In this document: piece by piece, positions 13,834-28,284 of the stretch
Numbering within the stretch: the stretch's first letter is position 1
Layout of the letters: each line of letters starts with the position of its first letter
Assembly (NCBI RefSeq): GCF_006345805.1
Contig: NC_043005.1
Span: 82,460,001 to 82,524,000 of the forward strand
Direction: 5' to 3'
DNA length: 64,000 nt
Origin: Octopus sinensis
Taxonomy: Eukaryota
Made by a program: the position numbers and the translations under genes
Notes under the pieces: model-generated
Told to the model about the DNA's origin: nothing
What the model saw: the letters and a program-made list of their open reading frames with translations, nothing else
Databases searched by the model: none

Positions 13834-14361
13834 GCCCTTGTTTGAATCTGAAAACACTGAAAATGGGAGCATACCCTTTCGGCTTGTTATCGCTTCTGAA
13901 GATCTGCTCCAAACTAACAGTGCCAACAAACTCAAATATGCAAGCGAAGAATTTCTGCTCTCCCCTTTCCACCAGCGTGGGTTAAAATCAGCAAACACTA
14001 TGTTTTTTTCGGTAAAATCCGAGACATTAAGTAGAGAGAGATATGAATTATAATTTCAACAATTGAGGGTAAAATTAATTAATTAATTAATCAATTTCAC
14101 CAAGTATTCAGTATGCAAAGGGACCATTTAAGGCGAATTCAAATTATTACATTATATAAAAGGGCTTAGTAAAATAAATTACTTTGCCGCATACTGAACT
14201 CGTTAGAAATAGCAGCTAAAAAAAAAAAAAAAAAATTGAGCAAACACTATATGAGAGAGGTTTTCTTTAAGTGTTAGAAATAGTTTTATAAAAAGTTTTT
14301 TTAGCTGCTATTTCTAACGAGTTCAGTATACGGCAAAGTAATTTATTTTACTAAGCCCTTT

Positions 14362-14403
<42 letters not shown>

Positions 14404-15771
14404 GATGGCCTTTTTCCAGTTTCCGCCTACCAAATCCACTCACAAGCCTTTGGTCGGCCCGAGGCTATAGTAGAAGACACTGGCTCAAGATGCCACGTAT
14501 TGGGACTGAAACCGGAACAATGTGGTTGGTAAGCAAGCTACGTACCACACAGCTACTCCTTTTTACTACACATATAATTGATGATAGCTACAACCGCATA
14601 GGGTTACACATGCATACACAGTTTTAATCCACATTACAAATATTAAACAATGCATTTCACGTCAACATGTCGGGATCTGTACATTCACAACCAACTCTCC
14701 TGTAACTGAGAGGTGCTTTGAAAAGCTGGTACAGAGAGCTGAAATATCTGCATCCATCGGCATTGTGAGAGAAATGTACCTAGTTCATAAACAAGAATAA
14801 TAGCATTCTTGCATTAGCATCGATACTGAAGGAAAGCAGTGTGAGGATAACTTCTGTAAGATTGCACACTACGCTAAACACATATATATAGAGAGAGAGA
14901 CACTTGTCCATGGTGCAACGCAGTGGGTCTGAACTGGAAACGATGTGGTTGGGAAACAAGCTTCTTACCACACAGACACGCATATACATGAGTTGAAAAA
15001 GAAAACAGCCATCAATATACAGGCGGTGAAAACAAAAAAGCAAATCGAAGTATTACAATAATTTTAAAACACATTATGCATATACATACATACATACATA
15101 TATACACGTTTACGTTTTAACACGAGCAAATATGACGGCAGAACGTTTCGGAATTAAGAAAAATGTACTATAAAAATGTGCTAAGAACGCGAAAGGCTAG
15201 AGAAGAAAAATACAAATGGTAACCATTTCTCTAGACTTTTCATAACGGATGGAAGATGCAGAAAGCGAATATGGCATATCTTAAATCTAGAGCTTTCATG
15301 CCAAATAATAGTGACGTTTCAAGGTAACATTTTTTTACTTAAAACAATTTTTTTTTTTTGTTGAAGCAGAACTTTGTAAATTTAGATATTTTTTCATAAC
15401 TAACAGGCCTCTCATCATATTTATCGTATATACATGTATATGTGTGTATCTATATGAATAAATGAGAGGTGAGTAAATTCTTCCCTTTACTATGAAAATA
15501 TTTCAACAAATTTACATATCATTTCCTTTGTATGATTAAAATCAATCCGTTATGTAAGATGATTTGTTGCAACATTCTCACGTGACAAAACTTCTGAATA
15601 GAATTACTTTGGGATGGCTTGATGTTATTACACACATGCACACGCGCACACAGACACGTACATACACACAAACCGACACACACACATGTTTACGCACATA
15701 TAAAAATACCATCAAATACATATATATATATATATATATACATATAATTATATATACAAATACATATATAC

Positions 15772-15809
<38 letters not shown>

Positions 15810-15817
15810 TACATATA

Positions 15818-16045
15818 TACATGTATACGTGTATATACATATATGCATGTATACGTGTATATATACATATATGCATGTATACGTGTATATATACATATAT
15901 GCATGTATACGTGTATATATACATATATGCATGTATACGTGTATATATACATATATGCATGTATACGTGTATATATACATATATACATGTATACGTGTAT
16001 ATTTACATATATACATGTATACGTGTATATATACATATATACAAG
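15818..16045. repeat. 28-bp minisatellite (gcatgtatacgtgtatatatacatatat)n, about 8 copies
   Basis: Read directly from the sequence. Confidence 0.9.
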
Positions 16046-17638
16046 TATACATGTTTATATGTATACAGATAAATGTCTACATATCGAGAGAGAGAGAGAG
16101 AGGTAGAAAGAGAGAAAGAAAAAGTGTGATATATATGCATATGCATACATAGTGAATGAGACAGAAGGAGAGTAAGGAAATGAGAGAGTGGGAGAGAGAG
16201 AGACAGCGAGAGAGAGAAAGAAACATTCAATTTTATTTTGCGAAATTGCTGAGTCTTCTCTTTATCCTCCAATGGGCTTTAAATTTGCGGAATTAACAAA
16301 TTTCTCTTGATATACTTAATATTAGCACATATCATGCCACTGCTGCGCAAACTTTCTTTTCCTATATCTTTTACAGTTAGACATTCATATGTAATTAATT
16401 TCAAATACACAAGATATTTTACAACTTTTCATTTGCTGGACTTAGATAATTAGAAAACACATCTGCACTCCATAGGATCTATTTAGGACGTTTACTGTAT
16501 TTTGTATTTCTAATGGATATTTTTTTTTTAATATTTATGTTTTACTATAGAAATTTGCGTCTACTTGGAATTGGTGCAAGTAATTTTCTATTCAATTCTA
16601 GTTTAAATGCTTTCATTTGCAAACTTAGAAGAGAAATATTTTATTATGACTTCAGTTTCCATTATGATATATTGTTATGTCATCCTATTGTCTGGCGTTT
16701 TAGCTGATGCATCGTTATTTACATGAAGATACACACACACACACCGAAACCCACAAAATTGTATATATATACATACTCACAGACACACACACATATATAC
16801 ATGTAGATATAGATACATTGATAGATAAATACAAATATACATTTAGACATATATATGGATATAGATATATATATATACGTACATATACATATTAGAATGG
16901 AAAATTCACTTGGCTCGATAGTTTCTCATAGTGTGTTGCACATGTTAATAAAAAAATTAATTATAAAATATAAAATTAAATGGGGACATTGCTGTGTATA
17001 TTTTCCAATGAGATATTAATAAATAGACTGATCACATCGGCGTAGGTAGTTATGCATGTCTATCTATCTCCCTCCTTTATTCTTTTTGTCTGTGTCTCTA
17101 TATATGTATATATATATATTTATATAGGTGTGTCCGCGCGCGTGCGTGCGTGTGAGTCTGTATGTGTGTCAGTATGAATAGATGTATAAGTATATGTATA
17201 ACATATTTTGCAATGATCCCCGCCAATCTGCAATATTCATAGATTCCTTACGTTTCTTATAAGCACTCTAAAACCAGGTAGAAATAGAGTGTGCCACCGC
17301 CCAAAAAGCCTTCCGCTCAGCCATATATATACATGCATATATACATATATACATATATTCAAACATACATATATATATATATAAACACATGTGTATACAA
17401 ATGTATATATATATATGTAAATATGTATACAAGTATGCATATATATGTATATATGTATGTGTATACGTTTGTATGCACATACATATCTATGTATATATGT
17501 ATATATGCATGTATGTATGTATCTATGCGTGTATATATATGATTCGGGGGGAATATCTCACCGATTAGCAATCGATGTTAGTTTCTATCCGCCCCTGCAT
17601 CTTAGGCAATCGGAAAAATGAACAGAGAATAATGAGTA

Positions 17639-17672
<34 letters not shown>

Positions 17673-17864
17673 AAGCACAGATAGACATATAAACATACAC
17701 ACACAGACATACACGTACACGCGCAACATATAAATTCTGGTATCCATTTGCTCGACTCCAGAATGGCCACAATCCAAAAATTTAAATAAGTAAAAGTAAA
17801 TAAAAGTCAATTATACGTTTGAATGACATTCCAATAAAATATGGCAATACATCAGTAATACCGG

Positions 17865-18910
17865 TTTTAGAATTTTGCCACAAGGCCAGCAATTCTGGTG
17901 GGAGGGGTAAATTGATTACGTCAATCTTAATACTCAACTGGTGCTTGTTTTACCGACTCCGAAAGGATGAAAGTCAGAGCCAACCTCTGTGGAATTTGAA
18001 CTGCAACTGTAAAGACGGAAGAAATACCGCTAAGCATTTTGTCCGACGTACTAAGTATTCTGGCAGATTGTTGCCTTAATACATCACTAATATTGGTTTT
18101 CAAATTTTGGCACAATGCCAATAAATTTGGGGCAGGATTAAGTCGATTACATCACCGCCACTGCTAAACTGGTACCTAATTTATAAGGCCCGAAAGGAAG
18201 AAAGGCCAAGTCTACCTCGGCGGAACTTCATCTCATAACGTACAGACATGAAATGCTGCTATGCATTTTGTCCGGCGCGCTAACAGTTCTGCTAGCTCAA
18301 CACCTAATAAATTCCTCAGTATTCTTTTCTACTCTACGCACAAGGCCCGAAATTTTGGGGGAGAGGGGCGCCAGTGGAGTAGATCGATTCTAGTACGCAA
18401 CTAGTACTTAATTTATCGACCACGAAAGGATGGAAGGCAAAGTCGACCTGGGCGGAATTGGAACTCAGAACATAAAGACAGACGAAATACCTATCCCTAT
18501 TTGTTTACTACCCACAAGGGGCTAAACATAGAGGGGACAAACAAGGACAGACAAACGGATTAAGTCGATTATATCGACTCTAGTGCGTAACTGGTTCTTA
18601 CTTTATCGACCCCGAATGGATGAAAGGCAAATTCGACCTCGGCGGAATTTGAACTCAAAACATAACAGCAGACGAAATACCTATTCTTTACTACCCACAA
18701 GGGGCTAAACACAAAGGGGACAAACAAGGACAGACAATCGAATTAAGTCGATTACATCGACCGCAGTGCGTAAGTAGTACTTAATTTATCGATCCCGAAT
18801 GGATGAAAAGCAAAGTTGTCCTCGGCGGTATTTGATCTCAGAATGTAGCGGCAGACGAAATACAGCTACGCATTTCCCCAGGCGCGCTAACGTGTCTGCC
18901 AGCTCGCCGC
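17865..18910 (-). mobile_element. Cluster of SINE family B copies, including head-to-tail partial multimers
   Basis: Repeated atcgacccc.aa.ggatgaaaggcaaagtcgacctcggcggaatttgaactcagaa and ccacaaggggctaaaca.agaggggacaaacaaggacagac. Confidence 0.85.
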
Positions 18911-19410
18911 TTATACATCATCAGTATTAAAACATATCAAACCGTTTAACATAGGGTAGCACTAGTAATGTGCTCATTACATAATAAATTGAGTTCAATA
19001 ATTTACTATAGATTCATTTGTCAATGTGTTTGTGTTTTAATCTGAATGTAACATTATCAGTTGACTCATATATAACTTCTTAATAGAATGTCATCAGCAT
19101 TACTTATATAACAGCTATTACATAATGCAATCAACCCCATCCATTACGCTGTTGAGACATCTTGTTAGGAAATATATCCTGGAACATAGTTTTCATTATA
19201 TATTCATTTCTCGCCACCGCTATATATAAATCCATTATGATATTACATTAGTATACATTATTGAGATATTGAGTTACCTTTGCAAACTGATATCCGACAA
19301 TTCACAGAACATTAGAGAAAATTGAATAAATCATTTCTAATGAGTCAAGAGTTCCCATCCCTTTCTCTTTCACTCTCCATCATTCGTCTGTCGCTTTATG
19401 TATTATATAT

Positions 19411-19462
<52 letters not shown>

Positions 19463-19505
19463 TATATATATATGTATATATCTTTATACACATGTATATA
19501 CATAA

Positions 19506-19602
<97 letters not shown>

Positions 19603-20564
19603 TATCTTTATCTATACAGTCAAACACCAAGTCTTCATTAAAATTGATCGTGAAAGTCTAGATTTATTTTGACTAATATGCATTATCTTAATTCATGAGA
19701 TATATCTTTTGGAGTACTAAGTAAAGTGTTATGTTTACGTTTTATATCTTATAGCAGTAGGAAATACTTGAGAAAATATTCGTTTCTGTATAAAACTCTA
19801 AAACGATATAAAGAATGTTGTTTGTCGGAAATGAATTTTTTTTTTTTCTTTCACTTTCGGCGAAGTTTGGCAAGAGCAGTGTTATATATGTCAATTCCTA
19901 TAGATAGAATTATATTAAATAACAGCTTCATTAATTATTGAACTACCAGGAACTCTTTACAATTATATTATTATTAATAAATTTGCTGTGGTAGTTTTTG
20001 TAAAAGTTTTTCGGATAAAATTCATAGAAATACTTATCACATGAACATTTAATTTAGCAAAAATTACTGATATTTTGAATAATTGCGGTATTTACTAGAA
20101 ACAAAAAAAAAACACTATAACATAACAGTGACTATTGACGCTTATTAATTTGAATAATTTCGATTTTAAAGAAAGGTTGTAATTAAACCTACATTTAATC
20201 GGAAAAATATCATTAAATGTATTAAAAGACACGAAGAAGGCTATTGTACAAAGCACTTGTCAAGTAATCATGTAACGCTCTCACACGCATATGGTTTCTA
20301 AAACGCAGTCTCTATTTTATTCTCATTTCCTTAAATAATTATCGGCACTAATTTATCAAGATTTGACATTAATTTATATGTCAGTTGTTATATCAAAAAA
20401 AAAAAAAAATCAAAGAAAACACGGACATTTTCATATGTTTTTTTATAATTTTACAATATTTTAATGTGAAAGTAGTCATTGTATTAAGTACAAATACTTT
20501 TGAGCAATTCATCTTCTGCTGATTGAAAGACGCACCTATGCCTACATGCTATATATAAATATAT

Positions 20565-20724
20565 GGCTGTGTGGTAAGTAGCTTGCTTCCCAACCACATG
20601 GTTCCGGGTTCAGTCCCATTGCATGGCACCTTGGACAATTGTCTTAGTGTCTTCTACTATAGCCTCAGGCCGACCAAAGCCTTGTTAGTGGATTTGTTAG
20701 ACGGAAACTGAAAGAAGCCCGTCG

Positions 20725-20755
<31 letters not shown>

Positions 20756-21000
20756 ATGTGTGTGTGCGTGTGTGTGTGCGTGTGTGTATGTATGTTTGCG
20801 TGTCTGAGTTTGTCCCCCAACATCGCTTGACAACCGATGGTGGTGCGTTTACGACCCCGTAATTTAGCGATTCGGCAAAAGAGACCGATATAATAAGTAC
20901 TAGACTTACAAGGAATAGGTCTTGGTGTGGATTTGCTCGACTGAAGGTAGTGCTCCAGTATGGGTACAGTCAAATGACTCAAACAAGTAGAAAAGTAAAG
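20565..21000 (+). mobile_element. SINE family A, near full length (degenerate second head at ~21105-21260)
   Basis: ggctgtgtggtaag...ggttcagtccc head, internal (TA)(TG) microsatellite, 3' cagtcaaatgact tail. Confidence 0.88.
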
Positions 21001-21275
21001 AATATATATCATGTAGGCATAGGTTCGTTTATATACGAGTAAAGCTGTTCAGCAATTGAAAGCAATGGAGTAAGTAACAAGCATAGAAAATATGGATACG
21101 GGCAATAGCTTATCTGTGTAGTAAGACGTTTTCTTCCCAAACATATGAACCCGGGTTCAGTTCCATTTCAAGTCACTTTGTACAAGTGTTTTCTACTATA
21201 GACTAGGGCCGATCAAAACTTTGTTAGTGGGTTTATTCGACTGAAGCAGAAAAGAAATCTTCCTCCCTCTCTCTG

Positions 21276-21420
<145 letters not shown>

Positions 21421-21430
21421 ATATATATAC

Positions 21431-22040
21431 ACAACGTCTGGTCAGTAAGTGTCCGGACTGTTGCCATAGTAACAAAACGAAAGCCCGCTGAGTAAGGTTG
21501 CTGGCCAATGGTGACCTTGAACGCTGTTGTGCATGCGCACTAAGTTTTAACGTTTTAGCGCACTTCAGCTGTTAACAGCAATGCTTGGAAGGTAAGTGTG
21601 TAGCGTGTGATCTTTGCATTGACCATGTAAGAAAAAATTGTCATGGTGATACCTACTCAGAGACCTGCGCAAAGTTGCAGAAAGTATACGGAGAGCAGTG
21701 TATGAGCCGCACGCAAGTGTACGAGTGGTTCAGACGTTTCCAAGATGGTCGAAAGAATGTCGATAATGACGAACGTTCTGTGACACCCACAACCAGCAAA
21801 AGTGAGAAAGACATCAGAAATGTGCGTTCAGCTGTGAAGAGAAATCGTTGAATCACCACCCGTGAGTTACCAGATATGCAGGCTAGTTACGATTCAGTTA
21901 AGCCCATTATCACTGAAGATTTGTGTATGAGACGCGTGTCTGCCAAATTTGTACCAAAACTGCTTTCAGCTGACCAAAAAGACACTCGGGTATCTGTTGC
22001 ACAAGATCTTATTCATTGTGTGCAGAACAATGAAAATGCT
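21431..22040 (+). mobile_element. Mariner transposase 5' fragment (HTH domains and linker)
   Basis: LQKVYGEQCMSRTQVYEWFRRFQDGRKNVDNDERS and RRVSAKFVPKLLSADQK (WVPRLL-type linker); interrupted by stops. Confidence 0.88.
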
Positions 22041-25000
22041 TCATATATAACTTTTTGTAATGATTCATACATAACTTTCAATTGTTTAAGTTTTCCAAAT
22101 TCTCCAGAAGAGCTATATATTGCGTTCTATATTTACCATATATCATTGTTCCAATGTGATTTCTCTTTGTTTTCTTGCACCAAAATCTAGCTTCGAAATG
22201 TCACATACATATGGAATAAGCTATTTTTTCCCCAACGAAAACAAGGGTGCAAATTTGTGTTATCTGATATACGTCAACTATATTCTATAGATTTAACACC
22301 TTGGAGTTTGTTGCTGGTTAACTGCACTCCATTCTGATACCTATGTGGAAAAAAGATTTTGCTAGTAACATTATATCTTATTTCCAATCATGTAGTATCT
22401 GCGACAATGTTATCCAGCAATGCCGTTTTACTGTTTCCCGAAAAAGTGGTGGGATATAATGAAACGAGACGTGCTTTATGATTACACATTCGTTAGCTTC
22501 ACTAAGTTTTACCAAATCAAATAAGTTTACATGTTGTCAGAAGCAGAAATCTAAGTCTTCGGGGACGTGTAATGTAACTTTCTAAAACTCAACGCATAAT
22601 AAAGCCACACAGAATAAATGAATTTTGAAAGTGCAATGCATTGAAGATACGGTCACACAGAATCTGTAAAAAAATGTAAGATAGAGTTAAAGTGAAAAAA
22701 GTATGAACCAAAAGTATTTAAAAAACTTTTTGCAAAATATGAACTTCCTAGATATGTGAAATCGCGTTCAAATTTATACGGAAATGCACATACGCTCGTA
22801 CACGCACAGACACATACGTCTCCCCACAGATATGCCCCTATAGCTATATGCAACAAATGCATGGAGACATTTGTATTTGAATTCATGTACACACCACTGT
22901 TACGGAACATATAAAAGATATTACAAAAGTAAAGAGTAATAATTTGAGCAAAGTATGATAGACAACGCAGACAAGACCTTATGTATCAGTTGAACAAATG
23001 CGCTAAATTATAAGAAGAAATTCATATAGGTGTTGATTCAAGGGAGTATAAGTACTCGTAGATGTAGTTAAGCCAGAGCTGGTCGGACAAATGAGTGCTA
23101 GCAGTATTTTTACCGTATGTGTCTACTCTGAATTCAAATACGCTTGATACCTCTATTTACTTTCCGCTTTTCAGAGAGAAAATTCCCAGTAATTGGTGAC
23201 AGTTGAGTGGCATTGCTAGATATTTAAGTACATATCGCGCAAAATATGACTATTTTCTAACTGCAAACCTTGCATAGTGCAAATGGCTGATTCTCAAACT
23301 CTCAACATAATGTTATCAAAAAGTAGGCGGAACTGGGTAGCGTCGATGAAATGGTGTCTCGACTCAGAGCGGTGTATGCTGTTAGTGTTAAGTGCGTAAG
23401 TGAAAATTTAAACATATACATCCATCCATACATATATACATACATATTTTGTATGTGTGTGTATGCGTGTTGGTTTGTATATGTGTATGTGTATTTACGT
23501 ACGCACAAATACATATTGTTACACAAGCAGATTAGTGCGACAATTAGTGTCAACAGAAAATCACGATTCATAGCATGAATATAAAAAATAAGAAAGAACC
23601 AGCGAGTATCGTTAGTAATAAAGGAAACAAACAGTTTTCAAAATGAAATGCAATAATTTATATGGAATATTTTATTTCTTTTGTGTGACTGAATCACAGA
23701 ATAACAGCTGGAGTGCATTTAACGTGTTTTCTAATTATATTCCATGAATTAATTTTAATGCAGGCCACTCGATATGATATAAACAGCTCACGGCCATCAT
23801 GCAATATATAGGGATCGAACCTGAAATATTTTAACTATGAAATGAAATAAATACCTGTGTATTGCTACATGTGCTCTCATGCATTAATTACACACGTTTA
23901 TAATTACTTGGAAACATTAACTACGAAAGGAGCTTAACAATTTAGTTTATGCATTTCAAATAATCTATTACAGATGTGTCGACCTGAACTTCATGCGGTA
24001 AAGCAAATTATAGATGCTATATGATACAATGTAATCTAAGACGCCGGTAATTGTTCTGAGTTCTTGTATAGAACTAATTATTTTGGTTTGATATTATCTG
24101 CATTAACTTTCTCTAATATTTCCTATATGTGATTATATACAATATTAGAAATTTCAGTGAGATAGATTATTTGGTTTCCATGCGCTTCAATTGAAGTAAG
24201 TATTTTTTCTGAGATCTGACTTCAACCTCCAGATACGATGAAGTTTTCTGTCGACATAGATAAGTTTTGGACTCAGAACACAAATGTATATAACTCAATA
24301 CACAGTTTCGGAGTTAATTCGTCATGTGACACGGCCAGCTTCCAGTGTCTTCGGTATATATCGGCATTCGTATGCTTATTGTCTGTTAGAGGACTGGCTG
24401 GTTGATTCACTTCGTAAAACGTCTGATAGAAATATGAAGATAACAATACTCTACATTTACAGATGTAAGTAAACGTTCAATTTTAAACTTGCTGCTAAAT
24501 CCATGTACAATGACTACCACGGATTCATTCTCTTTCTCCTACCAAAGGAGTAACGGTGGAAGATTTCTCTCACGTAACGGATAAACAGGCTTATAATATT
24601 TTAGATGCTGTATCCTATTGTACGTGTTATGGCGTCAACACGGATGAGTTCCTTGTTGACGTCATTCTTAGAAATGTGTCTTTATAACAACAGGATGTTC
24701 TCCTGCTGAAACTGTCAGACAAAAGATTGATAAGAAATACTCTTAACTTTATACAAGATTTCTAATAATGTCACACGGGTGCTTGGAATGTTTATGTATG
24801 TAAAATGTACGATCCTTTCGCCTCCTGTTCTTGTAGGAATATTGTTCTTGTAGCAAGTGTAATGTTAATTATTAAGTTAATGTCAAGGTTTATACATGAA
24901 TCTATCTCTTTAGGTAATGCTACTATGTGTTTTTAAAATATCTACTTGTAGCTGGTAACTCGTATTTTATGTAAGATTGAACCTAGTGTCTCTGTGGCCT

Positions 25001-25334
25001 CAGGTGCACTGAGACGGAGCATTTTGGAAAGTGGCAATGGTAACCATTCCCAGGAGTAACGTAAATCCCAGAGAGATGTCCCAAAAATATCACAACGGGT
25101 TCTCATCGGTAAAATTAGTTAAATCTACAATATGTTTCTAATGGTTGACGATAGTTGCTCAGATCTTTTGTTGAAGACCCGCAATGATTTTAAACGTGGG
25201 GTTGTTTTTGCTGAGATTATGCGTAAGATCTTAGCTTATATTTCGAGCAGATGCGGATCAACATTTAAAGTTGGACTGAAAGTTAGTCATAGCATATGGG
25301 TATGGACTGATAGGCCCTCCAATTTCATTTCTCC

Positions 25335-25450
25335 GTTATCTAATTTCCTGGACATAACACTAAACTTAAACACAGGTAAAAAGTTTTCGACAAAATACCT
25401 GGTGAGTACATCAATTATAGTGACCATTCTTCAAACAACAGTAAATGTTC
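25335..25450 (+). pseudogene. Highly degraded Penelope-like RT C-terminal fragment
   Basis: NFLDITLNLNTGK then, after a frameshift, EYINYSDHSQTTV, resembling the PLE FLD.TL.L..G...YI...S.HP motifs. Confidence 0.45.
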
Positions 25451-25744
25451 TAATTTTATGCTTATTAAAATCGTACACATTACACTTCAAATTAAACAGA
25501 GCATCTATATATTGCACTCACAACAACGTATCTATGAATCAGCACCTGCATTGAATTTTAACCAGTTTAGCAGTGATAATTTGTACGCAGCAGAAATGGG
25601 TACAAACTGGTAATGTCTTCCAGGACAGAAGATACTTGGTCTTAAGTGGATAAAGAACTAACAAGTTAAGGAGCTGATCAGAAGGATATGAATTTTATCA
25701 TAAAGTAGATGGAAAATACTGAGGTACACTATGGCATATATACA

Positions 25745-25819
<75 letters not shown>

Positions 25820-26739
25820 ATGTGTGTGTAGCTATACACACACATATATCTATATACATACACACATATTTATATATATATATATATGTATATATATATG
25901 TCTATATTATTCTATTGGTCTCTATGTTTCTGTGTTTCTATGTTCGTATATATAGAAGCATGTATGTATGCGTCTGTATCAGAGACGCAGTTATAATTTC
26001 ATTCCATATTCATAGTTACACGAAGCGTAGACAACACAGAACGGGATATTAAATATCTGAAATTCAGAAAAAATAAAATCAAGAAAACATTTTGCTACGT
26101 GGTGAATGAAAGACGCATTGTTATTGAGAAAGTTAATTAGTATTTTAGTCATTATAAAGGCGACGATATTATTATTTCAGTTTACATTGAAGTGGGAAAT
26201 ATAATTACATTTAAATTGATAGCTAGAAATGATTTATATTTGAATGTATAAATTTTGTTTGTGGTTTTGTTTTGATATTTTGAAGCCTACGAGTGTTTCT
26301 GACACAACATATAATGAAGCTGCATCTAATAAGATAATACAGAATTAATACAGAAATTTAGAACGTAAATCTTGAATAATTACATTTTCGGAGTCCAGAA
26401 AACGTAGGGTGATGCAGAATTATTTGACTCAAATGTAAAAAATACTGGAAAGACTCGGATATAATTACTTGAATACTGTATTCATGGAAACTTTATTTAT
26501 AGGGAGACATTTTTGAGGTACAGTTGCGGAAAAGAGTGATAATATACGGTTCAAACATTTGCAGAATGAGTTCAAATACGGTTGATGTCGAGTTTAAATT
26601 TCCTTCAAGGTTTCATCAAGGTATCAAGTAGAATCTCCTGTCATAAACGAGAGCATGTTCCTCAATTTTTAACGGAATAACCTGTGCAAATAATTTGTTT
26701 ATAGAAATAAAATATTTTTGCTTACAATAGTGCATGACC

Positions 26740-26925
26740 TATATCAAGTCGACTCTTACATGTAGAGGTGGAAGGTGTGCCTCAAGTCATGTGACTAAGT
26801 GATGGCAGAGCAGAGCGAGATGAAGAGTTTTACTCGAGAGCACAACGCACCGCCTGGTTGTGGAGTCGAAACAACGATCTTCCAATTGCGAGTGTAACAC
26901 CCTAACCAGTAGACCACATGCCTTC
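26740..26925 (-). mobile_element. Degenerate tRNA-derived SINE
   Basis: Minus strand gcatgtggtctactggttagggtgt...gtttcgactcc contains A- and B-box-like motifs; similar degenerate copy at ~53210-53460. Confidence 0.55.
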
Positions 26926-28284
26926 AAAAGTTAAGTAGTGTAGCAAATCTAAGAGACTGCTTGCCTTCATTAAATCTATGAACTTGTTCCTCAATTATAA
27001 GGTGTCATTACTCGAATTTATTACGAAGTTGATATATTCACTACTGATTACATCAGAACATAATTGTCTTCCAGTTTACATTGGCTGCCATTGAACTATA
27101 GCCCCCTTTAGTCAATAGAACTTCATACTTCACACACAGAAAACACTAACTTTCATACCCTGCAAATCATCATATTAATTAAATTGATTTAGTGGGTGAT
27201 ATCACTTGGGCAATTTACAGTATTATATGATATTTATAATCGTATTTAATTAAATTCACACATAAATATAATTAAATATATTTGTATATGTGTGTCAAGA
27301 AATCTTAAATAACAGTTGTGACTTGAAATATATCTGCAACACAAAAACAGTTAACTAAGTGCTGAAACAGCATTGTTTCTACCTAATTAGTGCTCCATAT
27401 TCTTAGGTTAAACGTCATGAAAATCCCAATCATTGTATCACCATCTCATTATATATGTCCCTTTTATATTCTCTGATAGTATTATAAATTATCACTAGGT
27501 TGCTACGACTTCACTGAATTATTCCATTTAATGCTTGGAAATCTCTCACATATATCTTTTATATTCACTTTGATATTAGTAACCAAAAAGTATGATGTTA
27601 GTTACCGATTTTGCACATACTAATTTCTCTGATATTAGGAGAGATAACGAACTCTGTAGAACTGGGTAGAAGATGACTATCAGGAAAAAAACTACGTCAG
27701 AAGCGCGTAGGATTTCGAGTTTCTTCCATTTGCATATCTATATATCTTTATCCTATTATAAATTTCAGTGATGTTTGTCCGTTTCATTTTTATGTTCGTT
27801 AACTCCTCCGAGACCATTGGTGCAAGGACAACGAAACACAAACAAGCAACTCCTCTAATACCAGGGAATGTCATAAAAGGGTTTATTCCGCCTAATTACG
27901 GTCCCATTCACCACTTTGATTTTTATTGCATTTTAAACAAGATACATGGCATTGGCGACCAAATCGGGAGTAATGACAATGAATTTCATACCCTGAACTC
28001 CCAGAGAGTATCGTAAAGAGGTTCAATATCTGAAGGGCCTCTTAAAAGATTCCCCACTGACACCCGCTATTTTTACTGCATTTACCTCTGTCTAAACACT
28101 TATTAATTAAACTCTAATCAGTGTCAGTTCTTAGCGCATTTCCAGAAATAAGTTTAGGCACTTTAAATACCTTCACGTAGATTCAAATCAGGATAAAGAG
28201 TTATGACAGGTACGTTTCAAGTGTGGTAGTGTGGATATTCATATTTTGTCGTTTATGAAAATTATGTCTAGTATTTATATATGT

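Larger units (their letters stand above)
12361..14369 (-). mobile_element. Tandem array of ~563-bp hammerhead-bearing units (3.3 copies) plus terminal inverted partial copy; retrozyme or PLE pseudo-LTR multimer
   Basis: Unit starts (atttcaacaa) at 12361, 12924, 13487 and 14053; A-run near 14218-14235; 14234-14369 is the reverse complement of ~12459-12592; one HHR per full unit; (TA)n flanks. Confidence 0.88.
12045..14560 (-). mobile_element. SINE family A split at its internal microsatellite (3' half 12045-12240, 5' half 14403-14560) by the HHR array
   Basis: Both halves are reverse complements of the corresponding halves of the 40444 copy, in the correct order. Confidence 0.85.

Noticed and set aside
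12584-14053. ORFs within the 563-bp units
   Set aside because: Frames differ between units through indels and no domain motifs are present; the conserved feature is the RNA motif
15818-16045. 28-bp repeats as a CRISPR array
   Set aside because: No unique spacers, no cas genes, eukaryotic context; a simple minisatellite
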